A program made the translations under genes and the position numbers. Shown piece by piece: positions 37,019-46,061 of a DNA stretch of 64,000 nucleotides. The notes beneath the pieces were generated by a model. That model made no database searches. It worked only from the letters and a program-made list of their open reading frames with translations, and was not told the origin of the DNA. The DNA is from Bacteroidia bacterium (lineage in GTDB: Bacteria > Bacteroidota > Bacteroidia > Flavobacteriales_D > JAUILH01): positions 4,592 through 68,591 of the forward strand of contig JAUILH010000005.1 of assembly GCA_030433115.1 (NCBI GenBank). The letters run 5' to 3'. Within the stretch, counting starts at the first letter, position 1. The number at the start of each line of letters is the position of its first letter.

Positions 37019-37438
37019 ATGAAGTATTTATTTTTTATCGGCGGATTATTGGTTTTAGGCAGTTGCGATTTAACCAACAAGGGGATTCTGATTGGAGGAT
37101 CATCAACAGATATTGTGAAAGTAGTATGTACAGATGCAGTCTCACAGGCTCAAGTAGATAACATGGTGGCAAAGATTAAAAGTGAAGCTTTTAAAGACGA
37201 TAAACTGGCTCGTGCTAAGTTCGTCACTCAGAACGAATGTTTTACGGTGGATCAGGTCATTAAAATTTTGGATGCATTCACTTTTGATGACAACAAGCTC
37301 AACATGGCAAAGAATCTTTACGATCAAACAGTTGATCAGGAGAATTATGACTTAGTGGTTGACACTTTTGTTCATAAGAGCGATAAAGATGAATTGCGGG
37401 AGTTTATTTTGAATAATCAGAATACGGTTTTATTCTAG
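37019..37438 (+). CDS. Small lipoprotein, DUF4476-like
   Basis: ATG 37019 gives 'MKYLFFIGGLLVLGSC' with a lipobox. The duplicated 'F..DKLA.AK' / 'FDDNKLNMAKNLYDQTVDQENY' pattern resembles DUF4476 as I recall it. The ORF-track start at 36932 would overlap the divergent gene. Confidence 0.6.
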   Translation: MKYLFFIGGLLVLGSCDLTNKGILIGGSSTDIVKVVCTDAVSQAQVDNMVAKIKSEAFKDDKLARAKFVTQNECFTVDQVIKILDAFTFDDNKLNMAKNLYDQTVDQENYDLVVDTFVHKSDKDELREFILNNQNTVLF

Positions 37439-38316
37439 GCATCTGAACTATTCCCGGAACCACCGTCAAAGGACTCAGCGGTTTTAAGATCGGTGCGAGC
37501 AATGAGACCTTTTACGATGGTCTCTTGCTCTTTAAACTCGCTATCGTTGTCTTTGTCAATTTTAATTTTCCCTAAAGTCAAATCAATAATTTCAAGGTCG
37601 CAGGAAGGACAGCTGTGGTGGTTGATCATTGCCAAAGAACGCTTGGTTGTATAGTTTGCAAGCTCACTCTCCAATACTGGTGGTATTGAAGACAAGTTAT
37701 CAAATCTACCTGACTTTTTCTGGTTGTCAAGATCAAGCAACGACTCTGCCGGCACATAAAAACCTTGTTCATTAAGCTCTGTATCACAATTCTCACAATA
37801 ATAGCCTCTGCTTGTAAAGCCAATGTAGGTAGGCCAAATAATGATAATGCCAGCTTCAATTAAGTATATGATGGCTAAAATCGACCCTTCCAAAACAGCG
37901 CCATCTCTTCCAAACTTGCCAATAGAAATTTGTCTAAGGCTGATGAACTCAGTGATATCGTCTATCGAAACTTGAAATAGCAAGCCAGCAGTGTACTCAA
38001 GCCCCGAGTAATTAGCTGCCAGGGTAGCCGCCCAACTGTTGTACAATAAATAGATCGCACAAATTAAAAGGAAGACCATATTGGCCATTGGATTCCTTGA
38101 TTTAGCAGCTGACAGGCAAAATGAACTTACAAATATGGAGGCGAACATAATTCCAAAAAGGACTAAAAAGTTGATGTAGATTAATGGGTTGTAGTGACTT
38201 ATGACTCCAAAAAGAATTCCCAATAAGCCATTCAATGCGACTGCTATCAACAGAAAAATGACAAACTTTCCTGAATCTACTTTGCCTGAGGCCTGATAAT
38301 TTGAACCTATCTCCAT
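37435..38316 (-). CDS. Four-TM membrane protein with a C-terminal double-CxxC (zinc-ribbon-like) domain
   Basis: Hydrophobic segments 'FVIFLLIAVALNGLLGILFGVI', 'LIYINFLVLFGIMFASIFV', 'MVFLLICAIYLLYNSWAATLA' and 'ILAIIYLIEAGIIIIWPTYIGF'. These are followed by 'YYCENCDTEL' and 'HHSCPSCDLEI'. It starts 22 nt after the WD40-caspase stop. Confidence 0.65.
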   Translation of the reverse strand: MEIGSNYQASGKVDSGKFVIFLLIAVALNGLLGILFGVISHYNPLIYINFLVLFGIMFASIFVSSFCLSAAKSRNPMANMVFLLICAIYLLYNSWAATLAANYSGLEYTAGLLFQVSIDDITEFISLRQISIGKFGRDGAVLEGSILAIIYLIEAGIIIIWPTYIGFTSRGYYCENCDTELNEQGFYVPAESLLDLDNQKKSGRFDNLSSIPPVLESELANYTTKRSLAMINHHSCPSCDLEIIDLTLGKIKIDKDNDSEFKEQETIVKGLIARTDLKTAESFDGGSGNSSDA

Positions 38317-38337
38317 AATTTAATTTGTTAATACTTA

Positions 38338-41300
38338 TCATTCCAGTGCCTTAATGGGAAAATCCTGTCCAAAACTGTAAGACGTAGGGTATTGAGCAGT
38401 ACCATGATACGATTCGGATAATTCCGGCACGCGCTCTTCCACATAAGTTCTGAGTTCACTAATGGTTAATTTTTGATCTTGAGATAATGTTTGAATGTCT
38501 CCTTTTAAAGCTTCTAAAATCGCGTAAGTGAATAGGCCATGTTTGAGATCGCCAGCCTCATTGGCATATTGATAATCCTGTGAAGCGGTTAAATAGAAGG
38601 TCCCGGTGCTTCTTGCCAACTGAGCCAGGGCTTTTTCTCGACTTGCCCCGCGCTGAGCGAGTTGTTTTAGGGCGCCTCCTGAATGGCAAGCATCCAAAAT
38701 GTAGACCTGTTTTTGCGCAGAGATGGTCATGGCCATTTGAGATAACTCATCGGCAGAAATGGCTTTCTCGGCAAGCGCATCATCATTCCCGTAAAAATTG
38801 GTGATGTCATAGGTCACAATATAAAAATCCTCTTGCGAATTAAGCACACCATGCCCGGCATAATATAGAATAAACACGTCTTCCGGGCCAATCTTAGTCG
38901 CAATCTCATCAATGGTTTGTGTGATCGTTGACTTAACGGCTTTGTCATTTTTGATTGTATAATCATATACTTTGTGAAACAACTTATTGGCATCATGAGA
39001 CACCGTTTTTCCAAAAGCGGCAGCATCTGCAGTGGCATAGTTCAAACGATAATTGGGGTTTTTGTAATCGTTGATGCCAATGGTTAAAATGAACAAATCT
39101 GTTTTCCCGGCATCTCCATCCATATTGAAGTGTACAAACTGGGGCTCCGATTCAAGTCCTTTTTGATTGACTATTACAAATGAAATGTCGTTAGTTCCAT
39201 TGTTCAAATCGAGTTCAAATTCTTTGGTGACACCCTCTCCTCCTCTAAATTTGATCGTAGAACTCATGTTGTCTTCTGTCACGAGTTTTCCATTGTTGTA
39301 AATTCTTACAAGGTCATTCTCTCCTCCATTCGGAACAGACAATTGAACATTCACTTTTTCTTCCCTTGCCAATAAAACGGAATCTGGCTGTACCAGCTCT
39401 CCATTGATGAGTAATTCTGGTTGTGGTTTTTGGTCGATCAATTTTTCCAGATTATCTCCGGTTTGCTTGAATGACTTGCCTGCCATGACATCTCGAATCA
39501 AGCCTGGCGTGTAGTATTTATTAAAAAGAGAGCTAACAGACATGGCTTTTGTTCCGGAGACATAGTTTACCGCTTTGAGTGCTTTTTCAGATCCATCAAA
39601 ATGACCGGAATGGTGGCGGGACAACCATTGATTTCTGTTAATTTGAATATAGGTATACAATTCTTCTTTACTGGTCATGTCCCATACCTTCACTTCATTG
39701 TCAACCGTGCAAGATATCAGGTATTTTCCGTCTTGAGAAAATTGAAGTGAGGTAACTGAGCTACTGTGACCTTCCAAATCCATGATGTGTTGCCCGTCAA
39801 GCTGGTAAAGGCCTATTACACGCTGATCTCCACCTACAGCCATTATACTTTTTGAAGGTGAAAAACTCACCGCATTAAAGCCGCCTTGTTTAGACCTGAT
39901 TTTTGACTGAAGCATTCCCGTATTGAGGTCCCAAATCTTCACACTTCCATCTCTACTAGCAGTGGCAAACAATTGTCCATTGGGTGCAAATTTCAAATCA
40001 ACAATCAACTTAGTGTGACCAATGATGCGTCTGAAACTCTGACCAGCATCTGCTTCATACAAATGCAATTCTCCGTTGACATTTCCACCAGCCAAGTACA
40101 AATCTCGTGGTGAATAGGCAGCCACGTATCCTGAGGATGGCCCCACATTTACAGAGTTAATCCGTTTTCCGGTTTTCACCGACCATCTGGTCATCACGCC
40201 ATCCCAGCCCGTACTTAATACCTCTGAATCATCTGAATTAAAATCCAGATCAAACACAATGCGTGACGTGGTCCTAATTGTCTTTTGTACAGTCCAATCT
40301 TTCGTATTCCAAATGATAACGCGTCCACCAAATCCGGCAGTTGCGAGTAATGTACCATCAGAACTAAATTGAGCATTCAATACTGTTCCTTTGTGTCCTG
40401 ACAAACGCTTGATTGTTTTTCCGGAAGATAAATGCTTGATAATTACAGAAGAATCTGTTTGAGTAATGGCCAAAAATTGACCATTCGGACTAAGCATAGC
40501 ATCCGTTTTTGGTTTAACGTAACGAATTACGTCCTTCATTAAATTGCTTTGAGGTTTCGAGCTTGGCAAGTTATTGAAGCCTTTCAGTTGGTGTGCCATT
40601 CTGCCGGTAGACAGATTGAACATAGCGATGGAATTGTGCTTATGTGGTAGAGCGATCAAAGGCATGTTTGACGAACAGGCCACTGTTAGGGTTTTGATAT
40701 CTTTCAGGGCTTTTTCGAACAATTTTGCGCCTGTTTTGACGCCTAAAACGATGAGCTCCCGACTAGTTTCCAGAACAACATATTGATCATTTCCAGCAAA
40801 CTGAACAGACCTTACTTTGTTTTTGGGTATGTCGTAATGCCATATCTTTTTCCCTTTTTTGACATCCCACAAAGCTGCTCCACTCTTATGGGCTGCTGAC
40901 ACCAAATACTTGCTGTTGTAGCTAAAGTTGATTTTTGTATTGCAGCCATCGCACACTGCTTCCGGATTGGCTTCAAGATGGTGCAGTTTTTTACCTGTTT
41001 CAGCATCAAATATTTCAGAGAATAATTTGCGCGAACTCAAGGCAATGTATTTGCCATCTGGACTGTATTGCATATCATGACACTTGTCAAAAGGCAAAGT
41101 CAAGAACAACTTATTGGAATCGAGACTTCTCACCTCAGTCGTCTTGTAGTTATTTGAACTAAGGATTCGATCTCCACCAGGATTCATGAAAAAAGGATTC
41201 AAAACAGCATCATAATCTTTCTTTCCTGACCACATGAGCTCTTTTGATTCCAGGTCAAACACAAAGGTTTCTGATTGGTCATTACTCAGGATGACCTGAC

Positions 41301-41685
41301 TCTCGGACGGACTGAAGCTTGCATTTCGAATTGGATCTCCATCAAGTGAAAAGGTACTCAACAATTCACCTGTTTCAACATTGGTAAGGTAAACACCCTC
41401 CGACGAGCAACTTAACACTTTTGATCCGTCCTGGCTAAATTCAACTGACCGTATTACCCCAGTATGCCAGCCAAAATTCCTGATTTGCTTTTGACTCTGT
41501 ATATCCCAGAGGATCAAGCCATGGTCGTATGAACCGCTGACAAACAACCTACCATCTGGAGCAAATGCCGAACAAGACATACGTGCTGAGTGTCCTTTTT
41601 GTAGAACTGTTTCGATGAGCTCTTGTTGCGCCTGTAGGGACCTTCCAAAGAAAAGTACAATCAGTATGGAGATGTATTTAGTCAT
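38338..41685 (-). CDS. Secreted WD40-repeat (about two propellers) protein with a C-terminal caspase-like peptidase C14 domain
   Basis: ATG 41685 gives the signal 'MTKYISILIVLFFGRSLQAQQ' (GTG 41703 is an alternative). Many WD40 blades, e.g. 'GHTGVIRSVEFSQDGSKVLS', 'GHKGTVLNAQFSSDGTLLATAGFGGRVIIWN', 'GHTKLIVDLKFAPNGQLFATASRDGSVKIWD' and 'GHSSSVTSLQFSQDGKYLISCTVDNEVKVWD'. Caspase core 'LFILTIGINDYKN..L.YATADA', 'ILYYAGHGV' (His codon 38851-38853) and 'YILDACHSGG' (Cys codon 38686-38688). Confidence 0.85.
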   Translation of the reverse strand: MTKYISILIVLFFGRSLQAQQELIETVLQKGHSARMSCSAFAPDGRLFVSGSYDHGLILWDIQSQKQIRNFGWHTGVIRSVEFSQDGSKVLSCSSEGVYLTNVETGELLSTFSLDGDPIRNASFSPSESQVILSNDQSETFVFDLESKELMWSGKKDYDAVLNPFFMNPGGDRILSSNNYKTTEVRSLDSNKLFLTLPFDKCHDMQYSPDGKYIALSSRKLFSEIFDAETGKKLHHLEANPEAVCDGCNTKINFSYNSKYLVSAAHKSGAALWDVKKGKKIWHYDIPKNKVRSVQFAGNDQYVVLETSRELIVLGVKTGAKLFEKALKDIKTLTVACSSNMPLIALPHKHNSIAMFNLSTGRMAHQLKGFNNLPSSKPQSNLMKDVIRYVKPKTDAMLSPNGQFLAITQTDSSVIIKHLSSGKTIKRLSGHKGTVLNAQFSSDGTLLATAGFGGRVIIWNTKDWTVQKTIRTTSRIVFDLDFNSDDSEVLSTGWDGVMTRWSVKTGKRINSVNVGPSSGYVAAYSPRDLYLAGGNVNGELHLYEADAGQSFRRIIGHTKLIVDLKFAPNGQLFATASRDGSVKIWDLNTGMLQSKIRSKQGGFNAVSFSPSKSIMAVGGDQRVIGLYQLDGQHIMDLEGHSSSVTSLQFSQDGKYLISCTVDNEVKVWDMTSKEELYTYIQINRNQWLSRHHSGHFDGSEKALKAVNYVSGTKAMSVSSLFNKYYTPGLIRDVMAGKSFKQTGDNLEKLIDQKPQPELLINGELVQPDSVLLAREEKVNVQLSVPNGGENDLVRIYNNGKLVTEDNMSSTIKFRGGEGVTKEFELDLNNGTNDISFVIVNQKGLESEPQFVHFNMDGDAGKTDLFILTIGINDYKNPNYRLNYATADAAAFGKTVSHDANKLFHKVYDYTIKNDKAVKSTITQTIDEIATKIGPEDVFILYYAGHGVLNSQEDFYIVTYDITNFYGNDDALAEKAISADELSQMAMTISAQKQVYILDACHSGGALKQLAQRGASREKALAQLARSTGTFYLTASQDYQYANEAGDLKHGLFTYAILEALKGDIQTLSQDQKLTISELRTYVEERVPELSESYHGTAQYPTSYSFGQDFPIKALE

Positions 41686-41925
41686 ATGCTCGGGGCGAAT
41701 CACCTAGTTTCAAGCTTAATTTTCATCAATTTAAGAAAATTGGGGGAGTTGTGCGCAAGCTATTAGGTTAGACTGATGGCGCGTATAAAAACACACCCCT
41801 TCATTGGGTTTTCAGCGGTGATTGGATTCCGTTGCGTTCCCCTCTCAAGAGGGGAGGATGAACTGAATCGTTAATAATGACATTCGCTTTTTGACTATGC
41901 CTTTCTGTGCTGTGATCTTAAAAAA

Positions 41926-42948
41926 CTAAAACAAATTCCCCTGAATGATATCCGGAGAGTGCCCTAAATGCAAGTAGGCTTTCTCTGTAGCTTTTCTGCC
42001 TTTTGGAGTGCGAATAAGGTAACCTTCCTGGATCAAAAATGGCTCGTAAACGTCTTCGATGGTCCCTGCCTCTTCACTCACCACTGTGGCAATGGTTTTC
42101 AAGCCAACCGGACCACCTTTGAATTTATCTATTAAAGCGTGCAGGATTTTATTGTCCATTTCATCCAATCCATGTTTATCCACATTGAGGGCTTCAAGCG
42201 CCACATTGGCAATCTCCACATTGATGGTACCATCTCCTTTGATTTCGGCAAAATCCCGTACCCTTCTTAACAAGGCATTGGCGATTCGGGGAGTACCACG
42301 ACTCCTTCCTGCTATCTCAAAGGCTGCATCCGGTTTAATGGGAATTTTTAAAATCCCTGCTGAACGCTCAACGATATCAGTAAGCAATTTTGAATCGTAA
42401 TATTTTAATCGGGAATTGATACCAAACCGAGCTCTTAAAGGCGCTGTTAACAATCCCGAACGCGTAGTGGCTCCGATTAAAGTAAAGGGATTGAGTTCGA
42501 TTTGGACAGTTCGGGCATTCGGGCCAGCATCTATCATAATATCGATATGATAATCTTCCATGGCTGAGTAGAGGTACTCTTCAACGACGGGGCTCAGTCT
42601 ATGGATTTCATCAATGAATAACACATCTCCTTCATCCAGATTGGTAAGCAGTCCGGCTAAATCTCCAGGTTTGTCCAATACCGGACCAGAAGTCACTTTA
42701 AATCCAACACCCAATTCATTCGCAATGATGTTAGCCAAGGTAGTTTTTCCCAGTCCGGGAGGACCATGTAACAAGACATGATCAAGCGCTTCCCCTCTTT
42801 TCTTGGCAGCCGCCACAAAGATTTCAAGGTTTTCAACCACCTTCTTTTGACCAGTAAAGTCGTCAAACTCTTTTGGGCGGAGTACCTTCTCGATCTCACC
42901 ATCATTGGAGGCAAAACTTTCATCTCTTATGTCGAACTCTTCAGACAT
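41926..42948 (-). CDS. ruvB: Holliday junction branch migration DNA helicase RuvB
   Basis: '[15 protein letters not shown]', Walker A '[18 protein letters not shown]', Walker B '[10 protein letters not shown]', 'LIGATTR.GLL..PLR.RFG', '[18 protein letters not shown]'. The 340-aa size is typical. Confidence 0.95.
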   Translation of the reverse strand: MSEEFDIRDESFASNDGEIEKVLRPKEFDDFTGQKKVVENLEIFVAAAKKRGEALDHVLLHGPPGLGKTTLANIIANELGVGFKVTSGPVLDKPGDLAGLLTNLDEGDVLFIDEIHRLSPVVEEYLYSAMEDYHIDIMIDAGPNARTVQIELNPFTLIGATTRSGLLTAPLRARFGINSRLKYYDSKLLTDIVERSAGILKIPIKPDAAFEIAGRSRGTPRIANALLRRVRDFAEIKGDGTINVEIANVALEALNVDKHGLDEMDNKILHALIDKFKGGPVGLKTIATVVSEEAGTIEDVYEPFLIQEGYLIRTPKGRKATEKAYLHLGHSPDIIQGNLF

Positions 42949-43089
42949 ATCACGAAATTACGGAATTAGTCCACTTGAAAACGATCCCTATTTCGAGTTT
43001 TTCAACATAGTTTCTCAGATGGCTTTTTTGAATAGTGATTATTTCATTCTTGGTACAGAATTTGCTCATCTTTGTTAAATCAATACCAT

Positions 43090-43557
43090 ATGAAAAACTC
43101 ACTATTACTTTTATTTCCCTTCCTTATGCTTATGGCATTAGCTCAAGCACAAACCAAAGTTTACGAGGGCAATTCAACCAGTTATTCTAAATGTTTGTAT
43201 ACCATCGACAACAACAAAATTTATCAAGGCAACTCCACTAGCTATTCTAAATGTCTGTACACGATAGATAACAATAAAGTATACGAGGGCAATTCAACCA
43301 GTTACTCAAAGTGTTTGTTTACGATTGATAATGACAAAATTTATCAAGGAAATTCTACGAGTTATTCTAAATGCCTATTCACCATGTCCAATGGCAAAGC
43401 ACATGAGGGAAATTCCACCAGCTATTCGAAATGTCTTTTGACTTTTAGTGACAATAAGGTATATCAAGGAAATTCTACGAGTTATTCAAAATGTATTGCA
43501 ACGCTTGAAGGCTATGTTCCCCAGTATATTCTAACCGTTTTATTGGGTTCTGATTAG
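43090..43557 (+). CDS. Small secreted protein built from six tandem 20-aa Cys-containing repeats
   Basis: ATG 43090 gives the signal 'MKNSLLLLFPFLMLMALAQAQ'. Then 6 x 'K(V/I)Y(E/Q)GNSTSYSKCL(Y/F)TIDNN'. I do not recognise the family. Confidence 0.7.
   Translation: MKNSLLLLFPFLMLMALAQAQTKVYEGNSTSYSKCLYTIDNNKIYQGNSTSYSKCLYTIDNNKVYEGNSTSYSKCLFTIDNDKIYQGNSTSYSKCLFTMSNGKAHEGNSTSYSKCLLTFSDNKVYQGNSTSYSKCIATLEGYVPQYILTVLLGSD
43156..43515 (+). repeat. Six exact-period 60-nt in-frame tandem repeats (coding)
   Basis: Units start at 43156 and recur every 60 nt. The peptide is nearly invariant while codons differ, e.g. 'ggcaattcaaccagttattctaaatgt' / 'ggcaactccactagctattctaaatgt' / 'ggaaattctacgagttattctaaatgc'. 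Confidence 0.9.
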
Positions 43558-43562
43558 ATCAA

Positions 43563-44195
43563 TCATTTCTTAATATAATCCTTATAAACATCACTAAAAA
43601 AGACTTTCAATCCGACCGTATAAAGTGGACTCGTGAATTTTTCATCCAGGTGTCTGTTATTTTTGAGCATCAATCTATACCCTATCCCTCCACCAATTCC
43701 AAAGTACTTAAGAAAGCGATATTGAATCCGCATTGAGGGTTCGTATAAGGCAATCCAATCCCTGTCGATTCTATGTTTGTCGCCATCTTGATAGACGAAA
43801 TAAGACAGACCGGCACCTAACTGGAAAGGAATGGCCAATTCCCAATGCTCACTTCTATAGAAAGTATACTCAACACTCGGTGCGATATAGAGCATTCTAA
43901 GGGACTTTTCCAACAATTTAAAGGTTCCGTCACCCAGACTTATTGCATGTGGTTTATTGAAGCCTTTTGCTAACCAGTTGCCACTTATACCTAACCTCAA
44001 GACATCTGCATAATTGAAGGCAATCGTTACAGATCTCATCTTGGCGAACTCATTGGTTACAAAGGCGTTCCTGGTCCCAAATTGAAAAACTGGTTTGGGT
44101 TTGGTTTTCAGACTCTCCTTTATCTCGTTCACCATGCTTTGGGAGCATGACATAAAAGGAAATACAAGACTCGCTATGATGACACTGATGCGCAT
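43563..44195 (-). CDS. Hypothetical secreted, beta-barrel-like protein
   Basis: ATG 44195 gives 'MRISVIIASLVFPFMSCSQS'; the ORF-track TTG start at 44210 lies inside a hairpin. Alternating aromatic/Gly pattern. No recognisable family. Confidence 0.55.
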   Translation of the reverse strand: MRISVIIASLVFPFMSCSQSMVNEIKESLKTKPKPVFQFGTRNAFVTNEFAKMRSVTIAFNYADVLRLGISGNWLAKGFNKPHAISLGDGTFKLLEKSLRMLYIAPSVEYTFYRSEHWELAIPFQLGAGLSYFVYQDGDKHRIDRDWIALYEPSMRIQYRFLKYFGIGGGIGYRLMLKNNRHLDEKFTSPLYTVGLKVFFSDVYKDYIKK

Positions 44196-44226
44196 AAAAA
44201 ATGTCCGCAACTAAGTTACGGACATT
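44194..44226 (-). terminator. Hairpin downstream of coxA: possible weak terminator or attenuator
   Basis: Stem aatgtccg (44200-44207) / cggacatt (44219-44226), 11-nt loop. On the minus strand it is followed by only a short U-run that merges into the next gene's ATG, so termination is probably partial. Confidence 0.35.
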
Positions 44227-44247
44227 CCTTTTAAGTTTTTTTAGAAT

Positions 44248-46026
44248 CTAGTGCTCTTCTTCTCCCTCTTTAAGAGGAACTGTTTGGGGCACAAAGTCTT
44301 CTTCATAATTTGGATTACTGTAATCGTATGGCCACCTGTGTACCTCTGGCAATTCACCAGGCCAGTTACCGTGTCCAACTTCAACTGGAGTAGTCCATTC
44401 AAGTGTGTTAGATTTCCAAGGATTTTGAACTGATTTCTGACCTTTGAAAATGCTGTAGAAGAAGTTCACCAAGAAAATTACCTGAGCAATTGAACCGATA
44501 ATAGCGAAGATAGAAATCAACTCATTCAAATCAATTGTTGCATCCAGATAAGGGAACGACGAGTAATCGTAGTAACGTCTTGGAGCTCCATTTAGTCCTA
44601 CATAATGCATAGGGAAGAATACGCCATATCCACAAATAATCGTGAGCCAGAAGTGGGCATATCCCATCTTGGTATTCATCATCCTACCATACATTTTTGG
44701 AAACCAGTGATACACCCCTGCGAACATTCCAAATACAGCGGAGAGTCCCATTACAATGTGGAAGTGACCAACCACAAAGTAAGTATCGTGTACTGCAATA
44801 TCAAGAGCAGAATCTGCAAGGATAATTCCTGTTACACCACCAGTGATGAACGTTGATACCAATCCAATTGAGAATAACATTGCTGGCGTGTACTTGATAT
44901 TACCTTTCCAAAGTGTGGTAATGTAGTTAAATACCTTCACCGCAGATGGAATCGCAATAAGCAGTGTTGTAAATACGAACACTCCACCAAGGAATGGGTT
45001 CATACCTGTTACATACATATGGTGACCCCATACGATGAATGATAAGAAACCAATTGCCAGGATAGATCCAATCATTGCTCGATAACCGAAGATTGATTTT
45101 CTAGAGTTCGTTGCTACAATTTCTGATGTGATACCCAAGGCCGGTAGAAGTACGATATATACCTCCGGGTGACCAAGGAACCAGAATAAATGCTGGAACA
45201 AGATTGGTGAACCACCAACCATATCTAAGGTCTCACCTTGTAATGTGATTTCAGATAGGTAGAAACTCGTACCGAAAGTTCTATCCATAATCAACAGAAG
45301 TACTGCTGAGAATAAAACTGGGAATGATAATACCCCAAGGATTGCAGTTACAAAGAACGCCCAGATTGTCAATGGCATTCTTGTCATTTTCATCCCTTTT
45401 GTTCTTAAGTTAAGGATGGTAACGATATAGTTCAAACCACCTAATAAAGAAGATGCGATGAACAATGCCATAGATATCAACCAAAGTGTCATACCTAAAC
45501 CAGAACCAGGTACAGCAGTTTCAAGTGCTGATAGTGGTGGGTAGATTGTCCAACCAGCCATCGCAGGTCCATTCTCAACAAACATTGAGATAACCATGAT
45601 AACACTAGAAATAAAGAAGAACCAGTATGACAACATGTTAAGGAAACCTGATGCCATATCACGTGCACCAATCTGCAATGGAATTAATAAGTTAGAGAAA
45701 GTTCCACTCAATCCACCTGTTAACAGGAAGAATACCATGATGGTACCGTGGATGGTCACCAAACCAAGGTACATATTCTCGTTTAAGACACCTCCCGGAG
45801 CCCACTTGCTACCAAGGAAAGTTTCAAGAATATCAAAGCCTTGTCCTGGCCAACCTAATTGTAATCTGAAAAATACAGACAACATCATTGCAACAACCCC
45901 CATAACAATTGCTGTGATCAGGAATTGCTTAGAGATCATTTTGTGATCCATACTAAAGATGTACTTGGACACAAAACTCTCTTCGTGGTGATGCTCGTCG
46001 TGATGATCGTGTGCGTGTGCTCCCAT
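44248..46026 (-). CDS. ctaD: Cytochrome c oxidase subunit I (heme-copper oxidase catalytic subunit)
   Basis: 'HGTIMVFF', 'FWFLGHPEVYIVLLPALG', 'VWGHHMYVTG' and 'VGHFHIVMG', with ~12 TM segments. Has an unusual His-rich N-terminus 'MGAHAHDHHDEHHHEE'. Confidence 0.95.
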   Translation of the reverse strand: MGAHAHDHHDEHHHEESFVSKYIFSMDHKMISKQFLITAIVMGVVAMMLSVFFRLQLGWPGQGFDILETFLGSKWAPGGVLNENMYLGLVTIHGTIMVFFLLTGGLSGTFSNLLIPLQIGARDMASGFLNMLSYWFFFISSVIMVISMFVENGPAMAGWTIYPPLSALETAVPGSGLGMTLWLISMALFIASSLLGGLNYIVTILNLRTKGMKMTRMPLTIWAFFVTAILGVLSFPVLFSAVLLLIMDRTFGTSFYLSEITLQGETLDMVGGSPILFQHLFWFLGHPEVYIVLLPALGITSEIVATNSRKSIFGYRAMIGSILAIGFLSFIVWGHHMYVTGMNPFLGGVFVFTTLLIAIPSAVKVFNYITTLWKGNIKYTPAMLFSIGLVSTFITGGVTGIILADSALDIAVHDTYFVVGHFHIVMGLSAVFGMFAGVYHWFPKMYGRMMNTKMGYAHFWLTIICGYGVFFPMHYVGLNGAPRRYYDYSSFPYLDATIDLNELISIFAIIGSIAQVIFLVNFFYSIFKGQKSVQNPWKSNTLEWTTPVEVGHGNWPGELPEVHRWPYDYSNPNYEEDFVPQTVPLKEGEEEH

Positions 46027-46061
46027 TATCTATCTACTTTTCTTTAATTCTAATATTATTC

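Noticed and set aside
41838-41855. Perfect 7-bp hairpin 'tcccctc tcaa gagggga' downstream of ruvB.
   Set aside because: It is not followed by a U-tract on either strand, so it is not a convincing intrinsic terminator. A single copy in the window gives no evidence for a REP-like element.
43156-43515. Regular 60-nt tandem repeats, which I considered as a possible CRISPR-like or minisatellite array.
   Set aside because: There are no unique spacers. The repeats are contiguous, in frame and translate to a conserved peptide behind a signal peptide. There are no cas genes in the window. This is a coding repeat.
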